A DNA stretch of 64,000 nucleotides from positions 59,212,001-59,276,000 of the forward strand of contig NC_087436.1 in the NCBI RefSeq assembly GCF_036321535.1, given 5' to 3'. The notes below the pieces were generated by a model, which searched no databases, was not told the DNA's origin, and saw nothing but the letters and a program-made list of their open reading frames with translations. Source of the stretch: Camelus dromedarius (Eukaryota). Every line of letters starts with the position of its first letter. The first letter of the stretch is position 1. Positions 11,644 through 23,650 of this stretch are shown here, in pieces. A program made the translations under genes and the position numbers.

Positions 11644-12309
11644 CTGTAAACCATAATGCTAGATACTCTTTGATATATTAGGGTGTGTGTGGGGGGGGGG
11701 CAGCTGTGGAAGAAAGACCCTTCTAGACGTTAAAGAAAAAGTCATGTAATTTTCTACAGCCGATAAGTTATAAAATATTAACTGTCAGTTAATTTAATCT
11801 TTCTGGTCCTTTCATTAAGAACTTTTTAAAGGCTAATAATGGAACCTATAAACATGTTTTTTTTTAAACAAAGGCAAACTGAGGAAAACTTATCTGATAC
11901 TGATTTCAATTTTAATACGTTAAATTATGTATGTTATTTATCTCTAGCTTTAAAATCTTTTAAAGGTTTGTGTCAATTATTGAACATGGGATCTTCCTTA
12001 GAAAAAATTCATCCATTACAGCAGTCTTCAAAACCTGCTGTAAAACCATAGGTGGTTATTACTTCATAATCAAAAAATCACATTTAGCTCTTTTATATGA
12101 AGTGCTAAACATTACAGTGGTAACAATTTATGCTGACAACATAGGTATGTCTGTTTTATTAAACTTCATTTGTCTCTTTTCAATCTTTGTCAGTACTCCA
12201 TATTTATTTTTCCTCCCTAAAAAGAAATGTGTGGCATCTTAGCTCTATCAGGATTTTAAAAAATACAAACCCAATAATTTTAGGAGTCCAGTAAAGCTTC
12301 TTATTACTG

Positions 12310-12530
12310 GCATACAGACTTAGCACGTTATTAAGGCACTGTTCTAAAAACTTTTATTTCATTTAATTCTCAAAAGCACTCCAGAGGCAAAAAGTTTTAT
12401 TTTAACTATAACTCATAGGAGGAACCCAAGGTCTCAAAGAGGTTAAGAAAATTGGCCAAGGACAAATAATGAGTAAAGGAATCTAAGATTTGAAACTAAT
12501 AGTTGAACTTTAGAGCTTGTAATTTTTAAT
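12310..12530 (-). mobile_element. MIR SINE
   Basis: aggcactgttctaa...tcatttaattctca...ggaggaacccaaggtctcaaagaggttaagaaattggccaagg. Confidence 0.75.
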
Positions 12531-14039
12531 TAATATATTGCTGTCACTAAGATCGTCTATGGAGAGATGAAGTTTGATTCGAAGTATAGAAATGATAGCA
12601 GCAGTAAAGATCCTTAAGATGCAGAGACATAGATAAATCTATGCAGTTTCCTCTTCTCTACCTTCATAACTAAAAATACATATTCCTAGTGAATTTTTTA
12701 TGTAACTTACTTTGGAATATATGTGAATTGAATATATACATTTACAAATGTTTATGTACACAATAACCCCCATGTTCATATGTTTGTTATAGGGAGTGTT
12801 TATATGAGACCAACAAATATAGTAAATCATAGTATATCAGGAAAACAAATCATTTCAAGGAAAAATGTAATTAAACCATAATTTTAGTGTATAGCAGTTT
12901 AAAAAGCATATTGGAAAACATATTGGATAATAGTTAAAATACAGCATTTTATGCCACAAGATTCTTAAAGTACAAGATGTGTTTGTTTAAAACTGCATGC
13001 ATCCTAATCTGCCAGACAGGTGACGCCAGTCCAGTAAAGCCAGCCCTTGCCTCCAGTGACCAAGCAGAGCCCCACATTTTCATAACAGTTTAGGGATTCT
13101 GTGTTTACTTTCATTTTATGTCTTCCTGTATTCCCAGATCTGAGCCATGAAGAAACAGTCTCAACCATTTCATTTAGGGTTGTTTTTAAAGGAAATAATT
13201 ATCATCTGCTGCAATTACATTTGAGGCATCTCAGGAACTCTGCTATTTTTATTTACTTATTTTTGTGTAATAGTGGGAGATCAGAGTGACTTGAAAGACT
13301 CTCCCACTATCTAGGTAGCATATGATATAACTTAATGCACTGTTTTTAAGATTGTTATACAAATCTACTCATTTACTATCAACTATGCTAAGCTGTTCTA
13401 GAATTTAAATTCTTATTATTTATTAAAAACTTTGTCATAAATAAGCACAAAGTATTTTGTATTGATTTTACCTTAAAGAAGATTTTACTTTAAAGAAGAA
13501 AAAAATTCTCACCTTCATTAGAATTCACAGTAATTTTTAATTATTTTTACCAATTTGTATAAAAAGGAGAGAGAGAATTAGGGTAGACCAATACTGATAA
13601 ACTTAGTATTTTACTTTAACATTTAAATTTTCATTCAGTGGACATAGTCCTGACACGTTGTTAGACAATATGTTTTGGGAGAATATATTTCTAAATATTT
13701 CTGCTCATAACACAAAGTAACAAGGTTGGTAACTAAATGATAACTGAAAGAAGGATGCACAAAACTGAAAAAATGGACAGAAAAAGACACAGACAATTAT
13801 TTCAGCATTTTCCTGACATCATATTGCTTTATATATCATAAATAAGTTATAATACGATTGAATCTGTTATATAACCAAAATATAATTAATTCAGTGAACT
13901 TCAAAACCTTTACTAAAATCAATTAAATTTTAATAATTTATTTCATTATGACAGTAACCTCTATTACAACTTATTAAAAAGTAAAGTAGAAAGTTATGGA
14001 AGTCACTCAACAACTGCTAGTAAATTTAAATCCCTCCCA

Positions 14040-14550
14040 TCTCTCCTCAGTTCTTACTTCTTTTTAAGTGAATGACATACTATATTTTTCATCTTACTCT
14101 GACTTCTCCTTAGCTGGTCCCAGTTTGTTATCCTTGAAACTGTCCAAAAGTAGCTTTTCTAACTATAATTCCTCTCACAGCACTAACTAGCTTATTCATT
14201 TATTTATTTTATAATTCTCTATCAACTAAAGGATAAAGTCCAGCTCAGTGGTATGACATGTGAGATCTTTCATGATCTAACTCTTCCTCTTCTACACTGT
14301 TTCAATTATATTCATATTACCTTGAATGTATTAGACAGTTATTTCAAAATGTTGCTCAGACCTTATCCCTGCTGTGAAAATTTACTGAACACCTCACTAC
14401 ATGGCAGTTTAACTATAATATCGTCAAGACAGTTTATCACATTTTGCTCACTAAAGTGAATATTTAAAATTTTTGATTTTTACGGACTTACCAGCTTTCT
14501 CAGTATATGAACAGTATTTCCATGTAAGTAAATACTAACAAATGTTTTAC
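14040..14550 (+). mobile_element. Highly decayed L2 fragments
   Basis: ggataaagtccagctc...gatctttcatgatcta, and a terminal 'aagtaaatactaacaaatgttt'. Confidence 0.45.
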
Positions 14551-14646
14551 TTAAAAGCACAAATACTGAAAGAAGATTAGAGGAAATTCTTTCAAATTGT
14601 CACTGACAGTTACAGTTTAGGCTATGTCCATGATATAGGTAGAAGG

Positions 14647-14962
14647 TAGACAGTACCAGTTTGGGCTGCTACAACAAAGCACTATAGACTGGGTGGTTGG
14701 TGACAACAGAATTTTGTTTCTCACAGTTCTAGGGGCTGGAAGTCTGAGATCAAGGTGCCAACACGGTGGAGTCTAGTGAGCTGGCTTTTTCTTGGGACTT
14801 CATATGGCAGAAGGAGAGCTAGCTATCTCTCTGGCCTCTTCTTATGAACTCTACTTTCATGACCTGAATATCTGCTAAAGGCCCCATCTCCAAACACCAT
14901 CCCACTGTGATTAGGATTTCAACATACGAATGTGGGGTGACACAAGCATTCACTCCATTGCA
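14647..14962 (-). mobile_element. MaLR solo LTR (MLT1A-like)
   Basis: gggctgctacaacaaagcactatagactgggtgg...tctcacagttctaggggctggaagtctgagatcaaggtgcc...ggatttcaacatacgaat. 5-bp TSD gaagg at 14642-14646 and 14963-14967. Confidence 0.92.
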
Positions 14963-16574
14963 GAAGGAAGGATGGATGGATAGATAGGTAGGTAGAATGG
15001 GAAATAGCTGTTTTGAGTATTACAAAGTTAATTCTCACCAAAAAAAAAAATCCCTAAAACAACTTTTATTCTTAATGGTTTCATAAATCTCGTAATATTT
15101 GAGATGAATCAAGAAATTTATCTAACCACATTGTAAAAAGGAAAATATTACTACATTTAAAACTCTCATAATGCTTAAAATCTACTTTTATTTAAATTTA
15201 GGAATTTAATCTCTAAGGATTTGAGTAGCTGAATTTTCTTCAAATAAAATATTTAAGAAAATAATTGAAAAAGCATTTTAGCTAAAATGACTGTTTTGAA
15301 ATAAAAGAAGTTGATAAAGCATTTTTTCTTACTATTTTAATACCTTGAAAGATTACACAGTCTCCATTGTATAAAAACACACATACATATCATAGTCTGT
15401 CTCTCCATACACACACACACAGACACACACTCATACACATAAACATAGTATGTACTATATGCATATATAGCACTCAGCTGACTGCAATAATTTATACAGA
15501 TGTCAAGAATATTTCTTGTCAAAGCTAAACTGGCAAGTATCAAGGAGATAAAGGTATACTGGCAGAGAGCTATGAAACAACAAACATCTGTCCGTCTGTC
15601 AGTAAAAAGAGAGGAATCTAGGAAGGATGGCTGTCCTTGGACAGCTGTCCATTTAGAATCCACAATATGTAGTGGTCTATTAAGGACACTGGCCACCAGT
15701 TGTGGCTTTCAGACCTTCCAAAATCTAGATTTGGAATGAAAGGCAACTTTCCATTTTTCTTCTCTTTTTCTGTTTCTTTTGCTGCTTTATTATTTTTCCT
15801 TTTTTGGGGGGGAGGGTCATTGGTCTGGATTCAAATAAACATTCCATTAGATATTTTATAAAAACCAGAAATTGCATCTTAAATCAATGCATAACACTGA
15901 ATCATTACTGTCTCAATAAAAAGAAGAGAACATAATTATTTATTTCACAGTAATGTGGGAAATAATACAGAGACAGACCATAGGAAGGACGGTCACAGAG
16001 AACTCAGATTAGAAAAAGGAAAACTGTGTGACTGTGAAAACACAGAACCGAGATATGCATTACAACTTGTGACAAAAAATTTGCAGGCCACAATGAAAGA
16101 AAGCAAAACCTTGGTGCTACAGTTGATAATGAGTCTTTTTTTCCTTTTAGTTTAAATTTTGAGCAAGAAGTAAAATAATTCCTTATAGGTATACAGTCCT
16201 GATAAAATAAGATCAAAGAAAGTATCAGAAATGCGAAGGACATAAAACAAGGTTATTAGAACCAGAAGTATTAAAGAAGCAATATCTGGGCCAAAATAGA
16301 GGCGATTCATTTAAAATGATGGTTTTCACCAGTTCCTAGTCTTAAGTATGCATATCTATCAACAATATATAGAAAAAAACAAAGTTTACATTTCATATTT
16401 TTGTGGGGTTTTTATACTTAATTATTTTCTTTTCCTCACTCAATACCATGGATGAGCTCATCAAGTACTGCCATATGTAGATAGGCACTGGCAGATCATA
16501 TCTGATTATGATTCTAATGGTAATTTTGAAAAAGTAGGCAGGTAAACTTAAAGTAAAACAGGTAAAAAGTCTTT

Positions 16575-16750
16575 TCTTTATTGAACAATTATTCTATGCT
16601 AGGCAGCAAGTATTCATACTCATTTAATTTAATCCTCCCCCCCGCCATTTTGCAGGAGATGTGAGAAAACTAATGTACAGAAGAGTTAAATCAATCACAG
16701 AGCTAAGAGAGTGCAGCACGGGCATTTGGATACCTGAGCCTTAAACACTC
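16575..16750 (-). mobile_element. MIR fragment
   Basis: ttattgaacaattattctatgctaggca...ctcatttaat...gagaaaactaatgtacagaagagttaaat. Confidence 0.6.
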
Positions 16751-18091
16751 TGAATAAGGAAGTCTTCTGTGTGGCATGCTGCCCAGAAGTGCAGTATTAA
16801 GCTAGATGTCTTCATTAAAGAAAATTAACGTATTTTTTAAAAGATGACCTCTTTCTCTGAAAAGCTTGTGAAAAAGTAAAAATCATAGCATTTGCTCTCA
16901 TCTGTCTCCATAAAGATTAGATTGAGAGATATTCTCTTAAAATTAAAAATATTTTTAAAAAATCAAGAAAATATTGAGCACTGCTGTGAAAAAATCAATC
17001 TCCTTTATATTAATTATGTGAGAGTTTTAGCTTTGATAAATATTGTTAAGAGTGAAGACATATTTAATGATTTTTCACAAGCTATGAGTGGTGTTCTATC
17101 TAGGATATGATGGTCTATTGACTAGATATACCATGAGACTGTGTGCATACTTCTAAGCATTATATTTCTAGTTACTCTTTTTGTAACAACAAATACTGGC
17201 AATTACTAGTCACTATAACCAAGATACAGAATAGAGAATATTTTTAAATTAATTCTGGGCTAAAATTCCTAATAATTTGAATTAAAAATTTACGGAAACT
17301 TCAAATGTGTATTACATACTATTCAATAGAAATCATATTCAAAATTAGCAGTAGAAGTGAGTATAGAGAGATATTGTCTTTTGAAATACAGTACAAAATA
17401 CTGTTTTGCAATTCCTCTGGGTTGCCCATGGCTAGTCTTCTGTCTCTGCACGTGAGACACTGTAAAGAGCTGCACTGGAGAAAGACAGTCACACAGAAAT
17501 ACATAGTGAGTTGTCCTGTGCTGTTAACTTTCAACACTTCTGAGACTTACTTTAGCTCAATTCTGTTTCTAAAAATAGATATTTATGATACTGAGAAAAG
17601 CAATTAATGATATCAACAGTTTATTGAAAAGGAAACAAATATTTTGAATAAAATCAAATTATGAAATTTTAACATATACTGACATTTTCCTTATCAGGAA
17701 GTCCCATCCTTCTTAGGACCATTTCTTAGACCATCACTCAATCTGCTGTCCTAGGCAACTGATTTACAGATGATTAGAAACAGTCACTAGAATTAGGGAC
17801 GAGTCAGAGAAGAGCATACCAAAAATGGAAGTGCCAGCTGACAGACTAAGAACAAACTCAGAAAGACTACATGATTTTCCTGTGATAATGATGTGTTCTC
17901 ATAATGGTGATTCTTAATTACCAAGAAAGATGAAATGATAAGTATCCTATAATTATTGCTTTTTAAATTGTAACTGGAAAATAGCAATGACTACATTTTA
18001 ATGTGTTTTGTTTAAAAGACTTTAAATTTTATTTCATAATAAACAAATTTTGGCCCTAGGATTCAAGTATATTAAAAAATAATTTACACCC

Positions 18092-18265
18092 TAGCACAGG
18101 GAAGTATATTCAGTACCTTGTAGTAACCTATAATAAAAAAGAATATGAAAGGGAATATATGTATGCACATGTATAACTGAAACATTACGCTGTACACCAG
18201 AAAATGACACAACATTGTAAAGTGACTATACCTCAATAAAAAAAATAGGAAAAAAAGAAAGAAAG
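18092..18265 (+). mobile_element. Short 5'-truncated young L1 3' end (cetartiodactyl type)
   Basis: tagcacagggaagtatattcagtaccttgtagtaacctat...gctgtacaccagaaa...cattgtaaagtgactatacctcaataaa plus A-rich tail. TSD aattta(c/t)accc at 18081-18091 and 18266-18276. Confidence 0.92.
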
Positions 18266-19118
18266 AATTTATACCCAACTATCTTCAATAATACAAATAA
18301 ACATTTACTGACTTTCAATTTTAGGTTTAATTATCTATCTTTGCATTCTTTACCAGGTAATAAAGTAGATCAATGATATTCTCTGAAGAAGGCATAGGAA
18401 AGCAATGTATTTGAATACACACATACACACGCATACACACACGTATGTATATGTTCACTCTTGCTACTTTTACCCAACATAGTTTGCAAGTCCTAGCCTA
18501 CAGCAATCAGGAAAGGAAGAAGTAAAACTGTCACTGTCTGCAGATGACATGATACTATATAGAAAATCCTAAAGATGTCACCAGAAAACTACCAGAGCTC
18601 AGCAATGAATTAGGTAAAGTTGCGGGATGCAAATTAATTACAGAAATCTGTTGTATTTCTATACACTAACAATGAACTATGAGAAAGAGAAAGTAAGGAA
18701 ACAAACCCATTTACCATTGCATCAAAAAGAATAAAATACCTAGGAATAAATCTACCTAAGGAGGTAAAAGATCTGTACTTGAAAAACTAAGACACTGATG
18801 AAAGAATATAAAGACAACACAAACAGATGGAAAAATATACTGTGTTCTTAGATCAGAAGAATTAATATTGTTAAAATGATTATATGAACCAAGGCAATGT
18901 AATCCCTATCAATACAATTCCTATCCATATCAAAATAACTATGGTATTTTTCACAGGACCAGAATAACTTCAAAATTTGTATAGAAACATGAAAGACCTC
19001 AAATAGCCAAAACAATCCTGAGAAAAAAGGAACAGAGTAGGAATCTCCACATGAAGTTACGCTTCTTGACTTAAGGCTATACTACAAAGCTACAGTAATC
19101 AAAACACTATAGTACTGG

Positions 19119-19215
19119 ATATATATATATGTATATGCATGAATGAGACATTGTGCTGTACACCGTAAACTGACATATTGTAACTAACTGTACATCAACA
19201 AAAAAAAGAAAGAAA
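19119..19215 (+). mobile_element. 97-bp young L1 3' tip nested in L1
   Basis: gacattgtgctgtacaccgtaaactgacatattgtaactaactgtac plus A tail. 18-bp TSD aaaaca(c/a)tat(a/g)gtactgg at 19101-19118 and 19216-19233. Confidence 0.9.
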
Positions 19216-19903
19216 AAAACAATATGGTACTGGCGCAAAATCAGATACATAGATCAATGGAAGAGAATAAAGAGCCCAGAAATATATCCATACACTTATG
19301 ATCAATTAATTTATGACAAAGAAGGCAAGAATATATAATGAAGAAAAGATAACTTCTTCAATAAGTGGTGCTGGGAAAACTGGACAGATACCTCTAAAAG
19401 AATGAAATTAGAACAATCTCTAATACCATATACAAAAATAAACTCAAAGTGGATTAAAGACCTAGATGTAAGACCAGACACCATACAACTTCTAGAGGAA
19501 AACATAAGCAGAACAGTCTTTTGACATAGATCGCAGTAATATTTTTTTGATTCTGTCTCCAAAAGCAAAGGAAACAAAAGCAAAAATAAATAAATGGCAC
19601 CTGATTAAATTTAAAGCTTTTGCACGCAAATAAAACCATAGACAAAATGAAAATATGACCTACTAAATGGGAGAAGATATTTGCAAATGATATGACCAAT
19701 AAGCAGTTGATATCCAACTTATATAAACAGCTCATACAGCTCAACATCAAACAAAACAAACAACTCAATTAAAAAATGGGCAGAAGAACTGAATAGACAT
19801 TTTTCCAAAGAAAACATACAGATGGCCAACAGGCACATGAAAAGATGCTCAACATCACTAATCATCAGGGAAATGCAAATAAAAACTACAGTGAAAATAT
19901 CAC

Positions 19904-20261
19904 ATGATATCCCTTCTATGTGGAATTAAAAAAAAAAAAAAGACACAAATGAACTTACTTACAAAACAGAAATAGACTCATAGACATAGAAAACAAACTT
20001 ATAGTTACCAGCTGGAAGGGGGGATGAAGAGATAAACTGGGAGTTTGGGATTTGCGGATACTAACTACTATATATAAAACAGATAAACAAAAAGGTCCTA
20101 CTGTATAGCACAGGGAACTATATTCAGTACCTTGTAGTAGCCTATAATAAAGAGGAATATATATATAAATATATAATATATATTATAACTGTATCACTGT
20201 TCTGTATTCCAGAAATTAACATAACATTGTAAAATGACTATATTTCAAAAAAAAAAGAAAA
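19904..20261 (+). mobile_element. L1 3' UTR (cetartiodactyl type) nested in L1
   Basis: Complete 3' UTR with A tail. TSD acagtgaaaatatcac (19888-19903) / acagtgagatatcac (20262-20276). The host ORF2 resumes with ctcatacc. Confidence 0.92.
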
Positions 20262-21309
20262 ACAGTGAGATATCACCTCATACCAATCAGAACAGCTATC
20301 ATCAAAATAATGGCAAATGTTGGCGAGGATATGGAGAAAAGGGAACCCTTGGACACTGTTGATTGGAATGTAAATTGGTGAAGCCACTGTGGAAAACATT
20401 ATGCAGGTTTTTCAAAAAAGTAAAAATAAAACTACCACATGACCCAGCAATTCTACTCCTGGGTATGTATATGAAGAATTCAGACACTAACTTGAAAGAA
20501 TACATGCACCCCAATGTTCATAGCAGCATTATTTACCATTGCCAATGTATGGGAGCAACCTCAGTGTCAATTAACTGAAGAATGGATAAAGAAGATGCAG
20601 TCTATACATACAATGGAATACTGCTCAGCCATAAAGAATAAAATGTTGCCATTTGCCCCAACATGGATGGATTTGGAGGGCATTATGTTAAGTGAAATAA
20701 GTCAGACAGAGAAAGACAAATACTGTATGATATCACTTATACGTGGAATCTAAAAAATACAACAAACTAGTGAATGTAAGAAAAAAGAAGCAGACTCACA
20801 GATAGAACAAACTAGTGGTTACCAGTGGGGAAAGGAAAGTGGGGAGGGGCAAAACAGGGGTAGGGGGAAATTTTATTATGGGATTATATGAAATCATCTG
20901 TGTGAAACTTTTAAAAGTTGTAAAGCACTATAAGAACTTTAAGAATCTAATTCAATTAAAAATCAAGAATTTAAAAAATATAGCTCTCTATTAAGCTGCA
21001 TAAAATTACTCAAAGGCTCATATCCATCAGACTTTCTAAGTTTAATTATGTTTATTTCTTTGGAAAACTTATCTTGCCCAGGAATTTGTATGCTCCTTGA
21101 GGATAATATTTATGAATATTCTACATTTCTTTCAGAGATTTCCTATCATTATAAGTCTGTTTCTCAAAAGCTTTTAATGGAACATGCAAAATACAATGTC
21201 TACATTATGTAAAATGAGAACTTACGTATCTAGCATTATTTCTTAAAATACTATTTCACGTATTTCATGCTACCCACACACCAAAGCACTTCTTGTTCAC
21301 TGAGCTCAC

Positions 21310-21452
21310 CATGTGCTTTCTTAACTATATAAAATCCCTTCCTCTGGAATGATACTATAAAATAATCCATTATAAAATTGTTGAGTTCAAAGATCTCTAC
21401 CACTGTGAAGATTTCCTCTATTCCTTCAATCACAAAATTGCTCAGGAAAAGC
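21310..21452 (-). other. Candidate exon (coding or lncRNA, unrecognised)
   Basis: Acceptor tttctctctggtcttag| and donor catg|gtgagc. 143 nt, open in one frame (LFLSNFVIEG...VKKAH). Confidence 0.2.
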
Positions 21453-22679
21453 CTAAGACCAGAGAGAAATTCCTCCTGAGGATTCTCATAGTATAAATCA
21501 CTAAACTTCTTCTATGACATCTTTACTTTAGGTTTAATAATGGTTGCTTCTTATACAGTGTTCTTTTAGTACAGGTCATGCCGTCTAGAACTACATGGAG
21601 CCTATAGTTTACAGTCAAAAAACATTGCTCTCTGACAGGTAGGTGTCCCTGGAGATGTACGCAGAGTACCTAGGGCAGATGTTACTCCTCGGACACCTGA
21701 GGTTGTCCTGGAGAAGCCCTGGGAATACTGAGGATTGCCAGTCTACCTATAGCTCACAGAGAAATTCCACATTTTTTGATTTCATAAATTTAGTTTCTTG
21801 TAAGATTATATTTCAAGGAAGTATTCAGCAAGTAGTATTAGTTCAAGGTCATTGATCCAAACAAATGGATGAATTGGCTTTCTACTGAGCTTTTCACAGA
21901 TTTGGGGCAGACACAAATTTGAGGTTTTACTTCCATCCAGTAACATTGTATGTAATAATAACATTAGATTTATATTCCTACAGACAGTGGGGTTGGGGTG
22001 GTGTTGACAAGCTTTTATAAAAATCCAGCCATAATAATGTATTCTTAAAATAAAAGCCATTTCACTTCCTGTAGGAGATAAGCCAAGAACAGGCCCACAG
22101 GGAAGACTGTAATTACATTAATTAAATAATGGTACATATCAGGAGTACATTAAAAACCTGGCCAAGCAACACGATTTACAAGCTTCTGAAACATCACATT
22201 ATTTTTCCTAGTACAAGCTGCTATCATTAGACATAACACTACATTGTGGAAAAAAAGAAAAAACAATTAGCAATGACAGGTTCCACTCTATTACTTATTC
22301 ATGTTCACAGTCAGTTGAGTTTTTCGGATGAGTAAAGCATTTGGATAACATGAAGATTATCATATTTTTGGTATTCATCTTTGTCACAGTAACCACTCTC
22401 CATCTACTGATCCATCTGATAATCAGTCACTTATGTAAAAGTTATAATTACAAAGAAAAATGTGTATTTTTAAAACCACAAAGGGAATAATTTTTGTTTT
22501 TAAATGCTCATATAGGTTTCTGTCATATTGATTATATGGCACAGTTCTACCTTTGCTGTGATCAAACAATACCCTGAGTGTATAATCTTACAGCTAAAAA
22601 GATATTGATTTCCATGGAAACATTTCCTTATGTTCTGATGCATCTTGCCATGTAAATGGAAACATTAAGATAATGATTC

Positions 22680-22865
22680 TAGCTAACATCTGTTCAGTGC
22701 CCATTATATAATAAGATCTGTATAAAGTGCTTCGTGTGCATTTTCTCATTTAATTTTGAGGAAAGTAGTATTATGATTCCCATTTTACAGGTAAGTTCAC
22801 TGAGTCAAAGTTCAGTAACTTGACCCCAAACATAGAGATGGCACAGGAAGCTGGGTCAGGCTAGC
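22680..22865 (-). mobile_element. MIR
   Basis: tctcatttaat...gtattatgattcccattttacagg...actgagtcaaagttcagtaacttgaccc. Confidence 0.75.
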
Positions 22866-22944
22866 TCACTTTTAATCTTTATGCGAAAGACCTTAAATAT
22901 TGGCTGAGAAAGTTTCCTTCCATTTGATCAGCATTGGGGATAAA

Positions 22945-23130
22945 ACCATGTTCCCACCAGTATCTAGCTGTACCTTTAAGCCAATTACTTAACTTCTCTA
23001 AGCCACACTTTCTTCATTTGCAAAGCAGGTACAATAGTAGTTTTTGGCCTCAAAGGTCAATATGAAAAATAATTTAATTAAATTACATACTGAATGCAAC
23101 ATTATAAATGATAGATATCATTACTGTTGT
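22945..23130 (+). mobile_element. MIR
   Basis: tagctgtacctttaagccaattacttaacttctctaagccacactttcttcatttgcaaa (MIR core). Confidence 0.75.
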
Positions 23131-23359
23131 TGTTTTTAATAAGTTTTGATCGGGGAAAGATCATCCATGAAGTCCTGAATGAAGCTTGACTTTGCAGTCA
23201 AGAGGACAGTAGAGGCTGGGAAAACTCTGGCATCTAGGAGCTCTAACTGTTCCAGAGGCTGTGTAATAATGCATAATGCAAGAGAGTAAGAGACTAATGA
23301 GGGCAGGTGGCCCCAGAAAGGAAACAGACATTAGGAGAAACACAGGAAGAACTCTCTAG

Positions 23360-23650
23360 TTGTTTTCCATCTCACCCAGAATAAACATGAAAATCCTGAT
23401 GAGGGCCCCCAGCCTTGGCATGAATTGCCACCTTTCACCCATTCTACCTTCTGCTTTAGTCACTTAATTCTAGGCATGGCACCTCATTACTTTTCCTCCA
23501 AAAGGACTTTCACGTTTTGGCCTCATGTTCTGCTATTTCTTCTGCCTTAAACATTACTGTCCAATGTGTCCATGTGGCTGACTCAGCCACTTTTTCCTTA
23601 GAACTTTATGTAAATGTTACCATCCCAAAGCAATCTTCCCTCATTACAAT
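23360..23650 (+). mobile_element. L2 fragment
   Basis: ccatctcacccagaataaa...ctgctatttcttctgcctt...aaatgttaccatccc. Confidence 0.5.

Larger units (their letters stand above)
18455..20980 (+). mobile_element. 5'-truncated LINE-1 (ORF2 RT to C-terminus and 3' UTR) carrying two nested L1 ends
   Basis: tgcagatgacatgata (ADDM). ORF-track peptides [20 protein letters not shown] and TWMDLEGIMLSEISQTEKDKYCMISLIRGI match the L1 ORF2 C-terminus. G-rich 3' UTR. Confidence 0.97.

Noticed and set aside
17319..17474. Minus-strand exon with strong acceptor and Kozak-like gccATGG at 17429
   Set aside because: No convincing donor, and the peptide is short and low-complexity.
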